From contig CM075987.1 in the NCBI GenBank assembly GCA_038087875.1, positions 15,314,001 through 15,378,000 on the forward strand: DNA of 64,000 nt, written 5' to 3'. Shown here piece by piece: positions 49,691 to 61,204 of the stretch. The notes below the pieces were generated by a model. The model had not been told where the DNA came from. It saw only the letters and a program-made list of their open reading frames with translations, and ran no database searches. Source of the DNA: Malacoraja senta (lineage: Eukaryota). Positions within the stretch are counted from its first letter, which is position 1. Every line of letters starts with the position of its first letter. Both the position numbers and the translations under genes were made by a program.

Positions 49691-52480
49691 TGCCATGCTC
49701 CTGCCTGATTACCCTTCACTCTCCCTCCTTTGTGGAGGAAGGGTTGTGCTAAGGCTGACAAATAGATGCAGCACATTCCACGTAGGATATTTGGGATGGA
49801 AATAGGCCATTCAGCCCATCTATGCCCCAGTTGAGCATCTCTCTTTGTTTCTGCATCTAAATCAGTCACCATAACTCCTCTATTCCCTTTGCCCTCCTAT
49901 GCTTTTCCAGCCTCTCCTTATAGAGAGCCATAGATTCATACAGTACAGAAACAGGTACTTCAGCCCGACTCATCCATGCTGACCAATATGCCCCATCCAA
50001 GCCAGGCCCATTTACCCCCTTCCTCACTATGTACTTGTACAAATGTCTTTTAAGTGTTGTTATTGTACTCAAAACAACTACTTCATCTGGCAGCTCGGTC
50101 CATATGCCCACCATCAATACCATTTGCTCCAGCCACTTGAAAGAGACGCTTTCACATCCATGCTGTTCTTTAGATAAGTTTCTTCCAGGTTCATCTTTCC
50201 CATCCCAATCTTCCATTTATTTCTGGCCACAACTGCACCATCTCGCTACCATCATCTGGTATAAAGTACAGGAGCCTGAAAACCGTAACCACCAGGTTCA
50301 AGAACAGCTTCTTACCAGGCTCGTAAACACTGCACAACACTAACCTCAGTGGCTATGAGGTTAGTGTTAGGACCTTGTCTTTGATTGCACTGCAGACTTC
50401 CCTTTTACATTATCGTGATTACCTAGTATTACTATTATTAATTTGCTGTACTATAGATTATTATATATTTCTCCGTGTTATTGCATTTACCAGCCCGTGA
50501 AGCTGCAGCAAGAAATAAATTTGTTGTTCTGTTATCAGTACAAATGACATTTAACCATTCCTGATTCTCTGTACTTTTCTAGGATATGACACCACTCTGC
50601 CTTTAAGTTCCTTGATAATTAAATGTTGTTCCTTTTTGCTTTTCTGCCCCTTTTTTTGATAACATTCTCCTGTAACCCTTTGTATCCTCTCTGTTTATGC
50701 ACACTGCAGCCTGTATGCTCAACAGAGGTCCCTTTAGTTTCTGATTTGCAGTGCCCTGGGCTTGTTGCCTTCATCGGCAGAGGCAGTGCCTGATGCAATG
50801 CGCACTGCTGCCTGCCTGCCTGCCTGGCTGGCTGGGTTACCAGATGCTGAGCTATGGAACATCACTCACACTCATTAGATTCAGTGAAGCAGTAAATGAG
50901 TCAGTGTGCGCATATCTTGCTGCAGTCAGGTACTGCAGACTGGCGATCTTATGAAGTATAGAAGTTCAAAAGGGGAAGACATTTTGTAAAATTTCAGCTT
51001 GCTTGTGATAATAATAAATAACTTCAATATCATGATAGATGAACATTTCATGATTTTCTCCTCAATAGAAAGTCAACATATCTTTCATTAAAATTCCTAA
51101 ACAAATGTCATAATTCCTTCTTATTCCTAGTCTTCTTCTAATCTTATACGTTGTATTGTCTTATTGCTATATTTCATTATTCAAATTTTAATTCCTCCTT
51201 CATTTCAGCGATAGTAATTTATTTAGCCTTTTTCCTCAGCTCCCAGCATTTATTCATTTATATTTAAATAATTGACAACCTCAATATGCAACCTCAAAGG
51301 CATAGTTTAGACACAACCAAGTGCAAAGGGCTGTAAGAGCTAAACGCAAAGTGAAGGAGCAACTCAGTGGTCAGGCCTGATCTTTGGAGGGAATGGGCGA
51401 TGTTTCAGGTTGGGACCCTTGCAGAGAATCAAACTGAAGAATGGTCCCACTCTGAAACATCACCTATCCATCCCTTCTTCAGAAGCTGCCCGACCCACTG
51501 AGCTGCTCCAGCACTTTGTGTGCTGGATTCCAGCTTCTGCAGTTGCATGTATCCCCTGCAAGATTTAATCGCTGAGTTGATCTTACTGTGTGCCTTTGTT
51601 ATCAAGGAGCTGAAGGAAGGAAAGATCAATGACATTAAAAAGTTCAGTAAGGGTAAAAGAAGCGACAAGGCCAATCAAAATTAATGATCAGTATGGGCAT
51701 TTTACGTCATTATTCAAAACATATACAGAATAAAAAATGACTATAATTGCTGGGAGAGATTTTAACAAACCCCACACAATGTTGCTCTTCCTTGAACTCA
51801 GTGGGCCGTGTATAAATTTGACGTGCTGAGACTTAGGTTAAAATTGCCCTTGTTCAGGTCTATGGTTCAGTTAAACTCCCCATCTGAATGTTTAAAGGTG
51901 TGTCACATCGGTACTCTTGCAAAGGCTTGCGGAATTGCGTTACAAAGCAGGAAGGTTTTCTTTTTGAACTCTTGAGTGGTTTGGAAACCGGCCACATTGA
52001 AGAGCTCCAGATAATAATGAGCAGAAACACAGAGAGCATGTCTACCCGACCCCAAGAAACTGAAGACACACGGTTGTAAAGCCAACCTGGCAGGAGACCA
52101 ACATCCATAAACCTAACCAGTAGGGATTGCACCACTTAGTCATAACTAAATGCAATGACCATAACACCAGGTAGGTCAGTGGCACTGGATCGGTTCAGTT
52201 GTTGTCCATATCGCTTCCCTCTCATTTTCATGAATCCCACCTTACTCCCTCAGCTTAATCATTACTGTTTAGTTTTCTATGTTGCAAATAAAATTTGAAA
52301 ATTAAATTATAGCAAGAAAACAATGAATAATATAGGATTAGAATGAGAAGAGTTTGATGAACTATTCACAACCCCGCTGTAGGAATTAAATTCTCCAATT
52401 TCAAGTAATAACCCCCTACCCTCCCATTTCTTTCACCACCCCAGTCACTCTGCTCCTTTCCTCTCCTCCATACACTCATC

Positions 52481-54095
52481 TCGAGGACTCGGAGATGGGA
52501 GAAATACTAGGGGGCCGAGGATCTAGTGGGAGGGAGGAAATCCACATTAGTCAGGAAATGGTGTTAGGTTAACTGTTAGGACTGATGGCAGAAAAATCCC
52601 CAGGGCCTGATGGTCTACATCCCAGAGTACTCAAGGAGGTGGCCGTAGAAATCGTGGATACATTGATAATCATTTTCCAATGTTCTCTCGACTCTGGATC
52701 AGTTCCTGTGGACTGGAGGGTAGCCAATGTAACCCCACTTTTTAAGAAAGGAAGGAGAGCGAAAACAGGGAATTTTCGACCAGTTTGACATCGGTGGTGG
52801 CGAAGATGCTTGAGTCGATTATTAAAGATGTTTATGCAGCGCATTTGGAAAGCAGTGACAGGATCGGTCCAAGTCAGCATGGATTTATGAAGGTGAAATA
52901 ATGTTTGACTAATCTTCTGGAATTTTTTGAGGATGTAACAAGTAGAATGGATAAAGGAGAGCCAGTGGATGTGGTGTATCAGAACTTTCAAAAACACTTT
53001 GACAAAGTTCCACAAAGGTGATTAGTGGGCAAAATTAGAGCACATGGTATTGGGGGTAGGATATTGACATGGATAGAGAACTGGTTGGGAGACAGGAAGC
53101 AAAGAGTAGGAATTAACGGGTCCTTTTCATAATGGCAGGCAGTGACTAGTGGGATGCCGCAAGGCTCAGTGCTGGGACCCCAGTTATTTACAATATATAT
53201 TAACGATTTAGACAAAGGAATTAAATGTAACATCTTCAAGTTTGCGGATGACACAAAGCTGAGTGGCAGTGTGAGCTGCGATGAGGCTGCAGGGTGACTT
53301 GGATAGGTTCGGTGAGTGGGCAGATGCAGTATAATTTGGATAAATGTGAGGTTATCCACTTTGGTGGCAACAACAAGAAGGCAAATTATTATCTGAATGG
53401 TGTCAGTTTAGGAAAAGGGGAGGTGTAACGAGATCTGGGTGTCCTTGTACATCAGTCACTGAAAGTAAGGATGCAGGTACAGCAGGCAGTGAAGAAAGCA
53501 AATGCATGTTGGCCATCATAGCGAGTGGATTTGAGTATAGGAGCAAGGAGGTCCTACCACACCTGGAGTATTGTGTGCAGTTTTGGTCTAATTTGAGGAA
53601 GGACATTATTGCTATTGAGGGAGTGCACCAGGTCAATTCCCGGGATGGCGGGACTGACATATGATGAAAAAATGGATCGACTGGGCTTATATTCACTGGA
53701 ATTTAGAAGGATGAGAGGGCATCTTGTAGAAACATATAAAATTCTTAAGTGATTGGACAGGCTAGATGCAGGAAAATGTTCCTGATGTTGGGGGAGTCCA
53801 GAACCAGGGGTGACATTTTAAGAATAAGGGGTAGGCCATTTAGGAGTGAGATGAGGAAAAACGTTTTCACCCAGAGAGTTGTGAATCTGTGGAATTCTCT
53901 GCCACAGAAGGCAGTGGAGGCCAATTCACTGGAAGTTTCCAAGAGTGAGTTAGATATAGCTCTTAGGGCTAACGGAATCAAGGGATGTGGGGAGAAAGTA
54001 GGAACGGGGTACTGATTTAGGATGATCAGCCATGATCATATTGGCACGAAGGGCTGAATGGCCTACTCCAGCACCTATTTTCTATGTTTCTATTT
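52481..54095 (+). mobile_element. CR1/HER1-type LINE, 5'-truncated, decayed ORF2 (reverse transcriptase)
   Basis: [45 protein letters not shown] with stops and frameshifts; (TTCTATG)-type tail. Confidence 0.92.
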
Positions 54096-54119
54096 CCATT
54101 ATCAGTCACATTGCACCTT

Positions 54120-54980
54120 AGGGGGGCCGTCCTGTGTGGTATGGCTGCCCAGCCTGCAGCTGTCCGTTTTCATCTTTTTTTTATTGTTAGTTAGTTAGTT
54201 GTTTTGTTTTTAGGAGTTCTATTCTTTTTTATGTGGGGGGTGGGGAGGGGGGAAGGGGGGAAACTACTTTCTAGGGTCCATACCTGGTCGGAGAGGCAGC
54301 TTTTCTCCGGGCTGCACTTTCGACCTGTCCTCACGGCCTACCAGCGGGCCTGGAGCGGCGTTTCCTGAGGGGACCGCCCAGAACCTCGGCTTCGGTGGCG
54401 GCACAGCGCTGGAGCGCTATCGCGGAGCGGAGCGGGCGATGCCTTGCCCGGGTCGCCGCGCTGGAACTCCGGTGAGCTGGGACCGCCGGTGAAACATCGC
54501 GGAGCTGCGGGACTGTGGAGCGACCAGCTGCGGGCGGCGGCGCTGAACTTTACATCGGGAGCCTGGGATCTCGCGACGAGATCGCCAGTGGTGGAGCTCC
54601 ATCGAGCGCGGCCTGTCGGCTTCGGAAGCCGCGGACTCCGGTAGGGAGACGGCCGTTCCAGGTGTCCCAAGCTGCTGAGAGGGTTCTCCCGACACCGGAG
54701 CACCATCACCCGGCGAAGAAGGGCCTGTAACATCGGCCCCCGTAGCGGCGACTGTGGAGGCCTATATAGGCCAGACTATGGGTGGACAAGGGGATATGGA
54801 CTGGACTTTGTGCCTTCCCCCACAGTGGGATCCATTGTGGGGGGATGTTTTTATGTTTTATGTTAAATTTCTTTAATGTTGTGTCTATTTGTGCTGCATG
54901 GCAAGAACAAATTTCACTACACCATTTGGTGTATGTGACAATAAATGTCCTTTGTCCTTTGTCCTTTGTCCTTTGTCCTT
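54120..54980 (+). mobile_element. Related GC-rich SINE-like element with (TGTCCTT)n tail
   Basis: Shares ccatcacccggcg motif and the gcaa..aatttc-hairpin-gacaataaa-microsatellite 3' end. Confidence 0.65.
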
Positions 54981-56659
54981 CCGTCTCCTCCAACTCATCC
55001 CTTCCCACCTAAATCCCTACCCACTGCTTTTTCACTCCTCTTCTCTCATTACCTGACACTCTTTTGTCTCCTTTTCACCTCTAGCCTTTGTCACTTCCTC
55101 CACATCTGCCTGTCACCCCTTCACCTGTACCATCTATCACTTGCCTGACCCCCTATCCCGCCCCCACCTCTTGTTTCCAGCTTTCTCTCCCACTGCAACA
55201 AGGAGGGTCTCGACACAAACCATTGCCTGTCCATTCCCCCCACAGAGGTTGGCTGACCTGCTGAGTTCCTCCAGCACTTGTGTTTTAATGGAATAACTGG
55301 TATTTTTATTGAAAGATGTGTTGATTTTGACGAATTCCTCAATGAAAGGATTGGTATCTGCGGCAAAATAATGACGATGATCCTCACTTCAATGCACAGT
55401 TCACACGATGATATTGACTGCTGTACATCAAATTATGACATCCCAGCTTCTGCTATGACCACCTCGAGTCTGCTTCAGCTGTTTGAAGGCTTCACTACAT
55501 CATTTAGTTTGTGCATTTTATTTTTAAAACTTTGATAATCTTTTTGCAATAACATTTGTTCATTTAAAATAGAAGAGCATAATAATTAAAATCTCAAAAC
55601 GTATGAAAATCTAGATGACATTTTTTTTTTTACCATCACAAAGCAAGACTGGTCTTAATTACGGCCATGAAGCCAATCTCAAGGGCTGTGAAAATCATCA
55701 GCTTTCTGATCGCTTCCATTACTTTGCCAGGGAAACGCAGGGAAATTCCAAGCACATGTGAGGAATTTCCTGGCCGCTGTGGCAGTGTGGACAACTTGTC
55801 TGATAGAAAGACCGTGGGGCTCCCCTCTCAGCGAGGAAGGGATATGGGCCAGACCCAGGATAAACAAGTAACTGGAACCAGAATGGGTCTGTGTTAAGGT
55901 TTATTTCAAAGGAGAGCCATGAATCATTGCACCGTAGGAGGTGAATTCTTAGTTGACCTTTTGCACCTTTATCGAGAATTTATGAGGCCACATAGAATTG
56001 TAAATGTATTATACATTAATTTAAGATGGCAGTAAACAAACAAGAACACAAATCTTAGGAGCTCAAAAGAATCTCACAAAAAGATGTGCAAAACATGAAG
56101 TACAGGAGGAACTCAGTGGGTCAGGCAGCATCTGTGGAGGGAATGGACAGACGATGACTTTTCTCCTGACTTTATCCTCACCTTTCCCTTCAGCACTCTC
56201 GTTACCAAAAGATGTTGTGCAGTGAATGTTAAAGTAATTCACTGGCTAATGCAGGAGCCTAGATAGTTATTTATCTCCCTATTTGGCGTATCTTGAAGAC
56301 GTTGATGCCGACAGGAAAGATTACTGGAGATATATGGTGTGAGTTTTTGAGGGGATTTGCTGCTGATGATCCGTCTCTGAATATCATCAGGGACATCGAG
56401 AGTCAGGAACATTTCATAAATACATTTATGCTGAATCCACTCACAACCAGGGGGTGTGCCACTGAACATAGTATGTTTAAACTGAAAGGTGTTGAAAATA
56501 TTCTTAAACACAAACTATGTGCAGGGCTGTTCAAATCTGCGGACCCTGGAGTTGGGAAATGGCTTTGGAGCAGTGGGAAGTGTAACACTGCCACCAATGG
56601 GAACATTGGTGACATTGTTCTCCAGCTCTGCTGAAGTCATTGGCACTTAATTTCAGAAA

Positions 56660-57520
56660 TCAAGAGTTGAGAGTGTTTAATTGTCAGGCACTGGGAACGG
56701 AACAATGACATTCTTACTTGCTGCAGCTTAATATTAACGCAATAACATAACAAATAATTATACAATAATCAATAATACAAGAAATCATCAGTTATACTAG
56801 GTAACCAGACCACAACCTGAAGTAGGTATTACAACCTATAAAAAGTCCACTGTGGTTTAATGCTGAGGTTGGGGTTAGGGTTATGTAGACTTTAGAGATA
56901 CAGCGTGGAAACAGGCCCTTCGGCCCACCGATTCTGCACTGACCAGCAATCACCCCGTACACTAGCACTATCCTACACACTGGGGACAATTTGCAATTTT
57001 ACCAAAACCAATTAACCTACAAGCCTGTAGGTATGTCTTTTGAGTGTGGGAGGAAACCAGAGATCCAGGAGAAAACCCACGCGATCACAGAGAGAACGTA
57101 CAAACTCTGTACAGACAGCGCCCTTAGTCAGGATGGAGCCCGGGTCTCTGGTGCTGTCAGGCAGCAACTTTACCGCTGAGTCACTATGTTGCGTTAGTGT
57201 TGTGCAGAGTGGTTCAAAAGCCTGACAGTTGCTGGGAAGAAGCTAATCTTAAACCTGGAGGTCACAATTCTCAGGCGCCTGTACTGTCTTCCTGATGGTA
57301 ACAGCGGGATGAGAGCGTGGCCAGGATGGTGTAGGTCTTTGATGACTTTAGCTGCCCTTTTGAGATTGATCCCTTCGATGGTGGGGAAGTCAGTTCCTGC
57401 GTTGGGCCGGGCAATATCCACAATCTCCTGTATTTTCCTTCATTCAAGTTACTGAACCAGGCTGTGATGCAAGCAGTCAGTGTGCTCCTTATCTGTAGAC
57501 CTGTAGAAGTTCAATTGATC
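56660..57520 (-). mobile_element. Rex1/Babar-type LINE 3' fragment with nested SINE (about 56888-57190)
   Basis: DLHHPGHALIPLLPSGRQYRRL..TSRFKISFFPATVRLLN. Confidence 0.8.
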
Positions 57521-58959
57521 ATTTGACTGGAAATGTACATATGGAGCCACGTTGCATGTTTTAGCCATTTTAGCAGATTCATACCCCTCCTCTGTTGTGC
57601 CACCACCAAGCCTCCAGTTTGGCAACTTGCGATTGCAGCTGACCAAAGCAAATTTGAGGGAACGCTGCACAGCAAAATGTGCTCAGCTGAGAATTTGTTC
57701 TTGATCAGTCATACATATGGCTTTCACTGGAGCCGGGAATCCTGACCAACTGCTTATTTACTCCCAGAAGGCTGGCTGGCGTTTGAAGCAGTTGGCTGAA
57801 GCACCAGCCTCCAAAAGACAATTCAGCCTCTTGAATAAAATCAGCAGGCAGATTGTGTTCAATTGATGATAATCCTCTGGGTAGGCGGTGCTTATGTGCA
57901 CATTATCTCCTCTACTACCCTAGCACCTGACAGTAAACCTGAGCTGTTCAGATGATCCAGCTCTGGGCCCCATCAGAGTTACTACAGTTTGTTTGTGGCT
58001 GAAATACTGGAGTCTCACAAATGCCCTGCCAGTGAAAATCATATTGGACAAATTGATCAGTGCAGCATAACTACAGTAATCTACCAGCCCAATGTTTGCA
58101 TATCATGATGGTTCGGCATCTGGCTTCCTGGTCTCCCTTTCAACTCTCCGCACTCCGTTCCTATGTTCAAGTTAAACCCATTCCCAGGCTTCCTTTAAGC
58201 TCGAGACCCAGTTTCCCAACTTGAATTGAATTGAAAATACAGCATTCCCAGCGGGCCCACACTGTCCATCAATCACTTGTTCTATATAATTGTGTTCTTA
58301 TTTTTCTTTTTGTGCTTTTGTAATTGAGTTCTGTCCTTGATTTGTGTATTGTGGTATTTTTATATTTAATTTACTCCGATTATGTGTTTTGTATTTTTGT
58401 GATTTTATGCCCTGTAAGGTGTCCTTGGGTGTTAGAAAGGCGGCAGCAAATAAAATGAATTATTATTATTATTATCATCCCACGTTCTCATCCACTCCTG
58501 ATACGGGAGGGGGCAATTTCACAGGGGCCAATGTACTGACAAACCCGCACGTCTTTGGGGTGTGGGAGGAATCCAGAGCACACAGAGAAAACCCACACGG
58601 TCACAGGGAGAACGTGCAAACTCCATACAGACAGCACCCGAGGTCAGGAATTTACCTGGGTCTCTGGCACTGAGAGGTAGCAGCTCTACCATCTGTGCCT
58701 CTGTGCCATCTCATAAACCGCCCGGTTCATTGGAGAATTTATTACGCAGCTGTGTAACACCGAGAAAGACATGAATGAATAATGTGTTAGTGTATGAAGA
58801 GGAATAATGTCCAGTAGTCCAGATTATCCACCAGAAGAAGGGTTTCGGCCCGAAACGTTGCCTACTTCCTTCGCTCCATAGATGCTGCCGCACCCGCTGA
58901 GTTTCTCCAGCACTTTTGTCTACCTTCGATTTTCCAGCATCTGCAGTTCCTTCTTTAAC

Positions 58960-59258
58960 AGATTTAAGAAAAAGGGGTAAGCCATATAAAACGGAGATGA
59001 GGAATTTTTTTTTCTCACAGAGAGTTGTGAGTATGTGGAATTCTCTGCCTCAGTGGGCGGTGGAGGCTGGTTCTCTGGATGCTTTCAAGAGAGAGCTGGA
59101 TCTGACTCTTAAAGATAGCGGAGTCAGGGGATATGGGGAGAAGGCAGAAACAGGGTACTGATTGGGGATGATCAGCCATGATTACATTGAATGGCAGTGC
59201 TAGCTCGAAGGACTGAATGGCCTTCTCCTGCACCTATTGTCTATTGTCTATTGTCTAT
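58960..59258 (+). mobile_element. CR1 3' fragment with (TTGTCTA)n tail
   Basis: FFSQRVVSMWNSLP. Confidence 0.85.
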
Positions 59259-59452
59259 CCACCATCTGGCATAACCAAAGTCTCCCGGGTGATGATTAAT
59301 TGAGTTTTTACTAAATTTCAGGCCAAATATGATTGTTTCATTCCACCTGTTTTCCTAATGAATCCCAACCATTCCTTGTTACAAGAATGAAATATTATTA
59401 TTTGTGACCTGTCTTTTGTAAATCAGTAACCAGCTCCTCTCACCCTGTCTAG

Positions 59453-59640
59453 TCCCTCCCACCATTCCTGCAGGAGGTGAGGGGTTTGGAGAGGAGATTA
59501 CGCTGACTGTCAACGCAACAATCCAACTGCGTTGTATGGCAGTAGGGAGCCCGGAACCTTCCATTACCTGGCTGAGAGACGGGCAGCCCATCACTACAGA
59601 TCGGAGGCATCAACGTCTAGACGGTGGCAAAATCCTCCAG
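59453..59640 (+). CDS. HMCN2: Hemicentin exon (VPPTIPAG...LRCMAVGSPEP...GKILQ), phase 1-0
   Basis: gtctag|TC; CAG|gtgaga. Confidence 0.93.
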
Positions 59641-60473
59641 GTGAGACCTCTGGAGATCAGACGATTAATTGCATTGTATAATCATTTAATTAAGATATAA
59701 TTACATTCGGAAAACCAAGTCTGAAGAAGGGTCCCCACCAGAAACGTCGCCTGTCCATACCGTCCACAGATGCTGCCTGAGTTCCTCCAGCACTTTGTGT
59801 TTTAGGGGGGGGCCTCAAGATTCCAGCATCTGCAGTTCCTTGTGTCTCCTGGGAAGGATTGACAAGATGGACGTTGAGAGACAGTTTTCCCAAGCTGCAG
59901 GAATTAGAATGATGGGTGCAATAGGATGAAGCAATATATGTTGGGTCATCTAATATCAGCAGGACATGTACGATATGATATGATATGATAACTTTAGTTA
60001 TCCCAGCAGGGAAATTGATCTGCCAACAGTTATAAAAACACTAAATACGTGAAACATGAAATTAAAGTGACGAGTGGAAAGGACTGGGCATGTGGGGGGG
60101 GGGGGGGGGGGGAGTCAGTCTCAGTCTATCCCACTATAGAAGGGCGAGGAGTTGTACAGTTTGATAGCCACAAGGTTCTCCTGTGGCGTTCTGTCCTGCA
60201 TCTTGGTGGAACCATGTATCAGGGTGTCTGGCACCGTGAGCGGGCAGCTCTACCAGCTACGCCACTGCGGTACAGGATTTGGCACAAATTAGCAGAAGCC
60301 TTGCTGAATGGCAGAGCACATTAGAAAGGTTGCAGAGACTGGTCCTGTTTTGTATGTTCTCACAATGAATGTGCCTGCTGGGATCAGACCCGGTGAGCAG
60401 TTTTCCATTCCATGAGCCATGCTGAGTTGTCTTCCGATTGATCGACCCGTTACGTTTGATTCTTCTTCTGCAG

Positions 60474-60569
60474 ATTCACTCGGTGCAGCTATCTGACACA
60501 GGTGACCATATTTGCATCGCAGAAAACCCAACGGGAGCTACAGAGAGACGTTTCACTCTCCGCATTCAA
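60474..60569 (+). CDS. HMCN2: Hemicentin exon (IHSVQLSDTGDHICIAEN...FTLRIQ); 3' boundary anomalous
   Basis: ctgcag|ATT; the only GT at the domain end is CAA|gtaatg (phase 0, where phase 1 is expected). Confidence 0.85.
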
Positions 60570-61204
60570 GTAATGCCCTTTGCTTTTTGAAAACCTGCTT
60601 TAGACTTTAGAGATACAGTGTGGAAACAGGCCCTTTGGCCACCCAGTCCGTGGCGTCCAGCAATCAGCCTGTACGTTAGCACTATCCTACACACTAGGGA
60701 CAATTTACAGAAATCAATTAATCTACAAACCTGCGTGTCTTTCGAGTGTGGGAGGAAACCGGAGCACCCGGAGAAAACCCCACGAGGTCACAGGGAGAAG
60801 AAGCTCTCACAATGTTGAGACCGTGAGTCATTGGTGATGGTGGAGGGGCCATACTATCAGTATCAGGAACTTAACAGACCCTGTGCTTTTTACATAGGAA
60901 ACCATCCTAAAATATATTTCTGCAGCACAGGAAAGACCTGGACCCAATGCCAATGTGATGAAGTTTAGGGAGTGTATTTAATGTACTAATATTTAATCAA
61001 ACATATCAATTTAGGGAATTGGGTCTTCGCATTGCAATGCAGTGGTCAAAGATGTATAGAGCATCTGTGAAAAGCTTTTCATTTATGAGATATGTTTCAC
61101 CTTTAGATTTTTCATCTCTACTTCCCTTCCTGACGTTCTTAATTTTATTAATAACATGCCAGCATTAGTTCCTCTGAGCTTCCTGCATCTTTATCAGGAG
61201 CATG

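Larger units (their letters stand above)
407..60569 (+). other. HMCN2: Internal part of a hemicentin gene (26 exons, 14 tandem I-set Ig domains); start and end lie outside the window
   Basis: Exons splice in frame with AG/GT ends. Each domain shows VPP..C..G.P.P..W.K.G..L.I....D.G.Y.C.A.N.AG motifs. Features matching HMCN2 rather than HMCN1 as recalled: the PPIFQKV..AAWEVIFRED insert, NEVGED.LHYEL.VL, the short NGILK|IDRV domain and the CEC motif. Confidence 0.85.

Noticed and set aside
54338-54733. 131-aa minus-strand ORF
   Set aside because: GC-rich repeat body; no recognisable protein.
55278-56634. 85-aa and 113-aa ORFs in the long intron as nested coding exons
   Set aside because: No Ig or other recognisable motifs; one starts inside a repeat; hemicentin phases need no extra exon.
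407-60569. HMCN1, titin or obscurin assignment
   Set aside because: Pure VPP-linked Ig array without FN3 domains fits hemicentin; recalled diagnostic segments favour HMCN2. A phylogeny would settle it.
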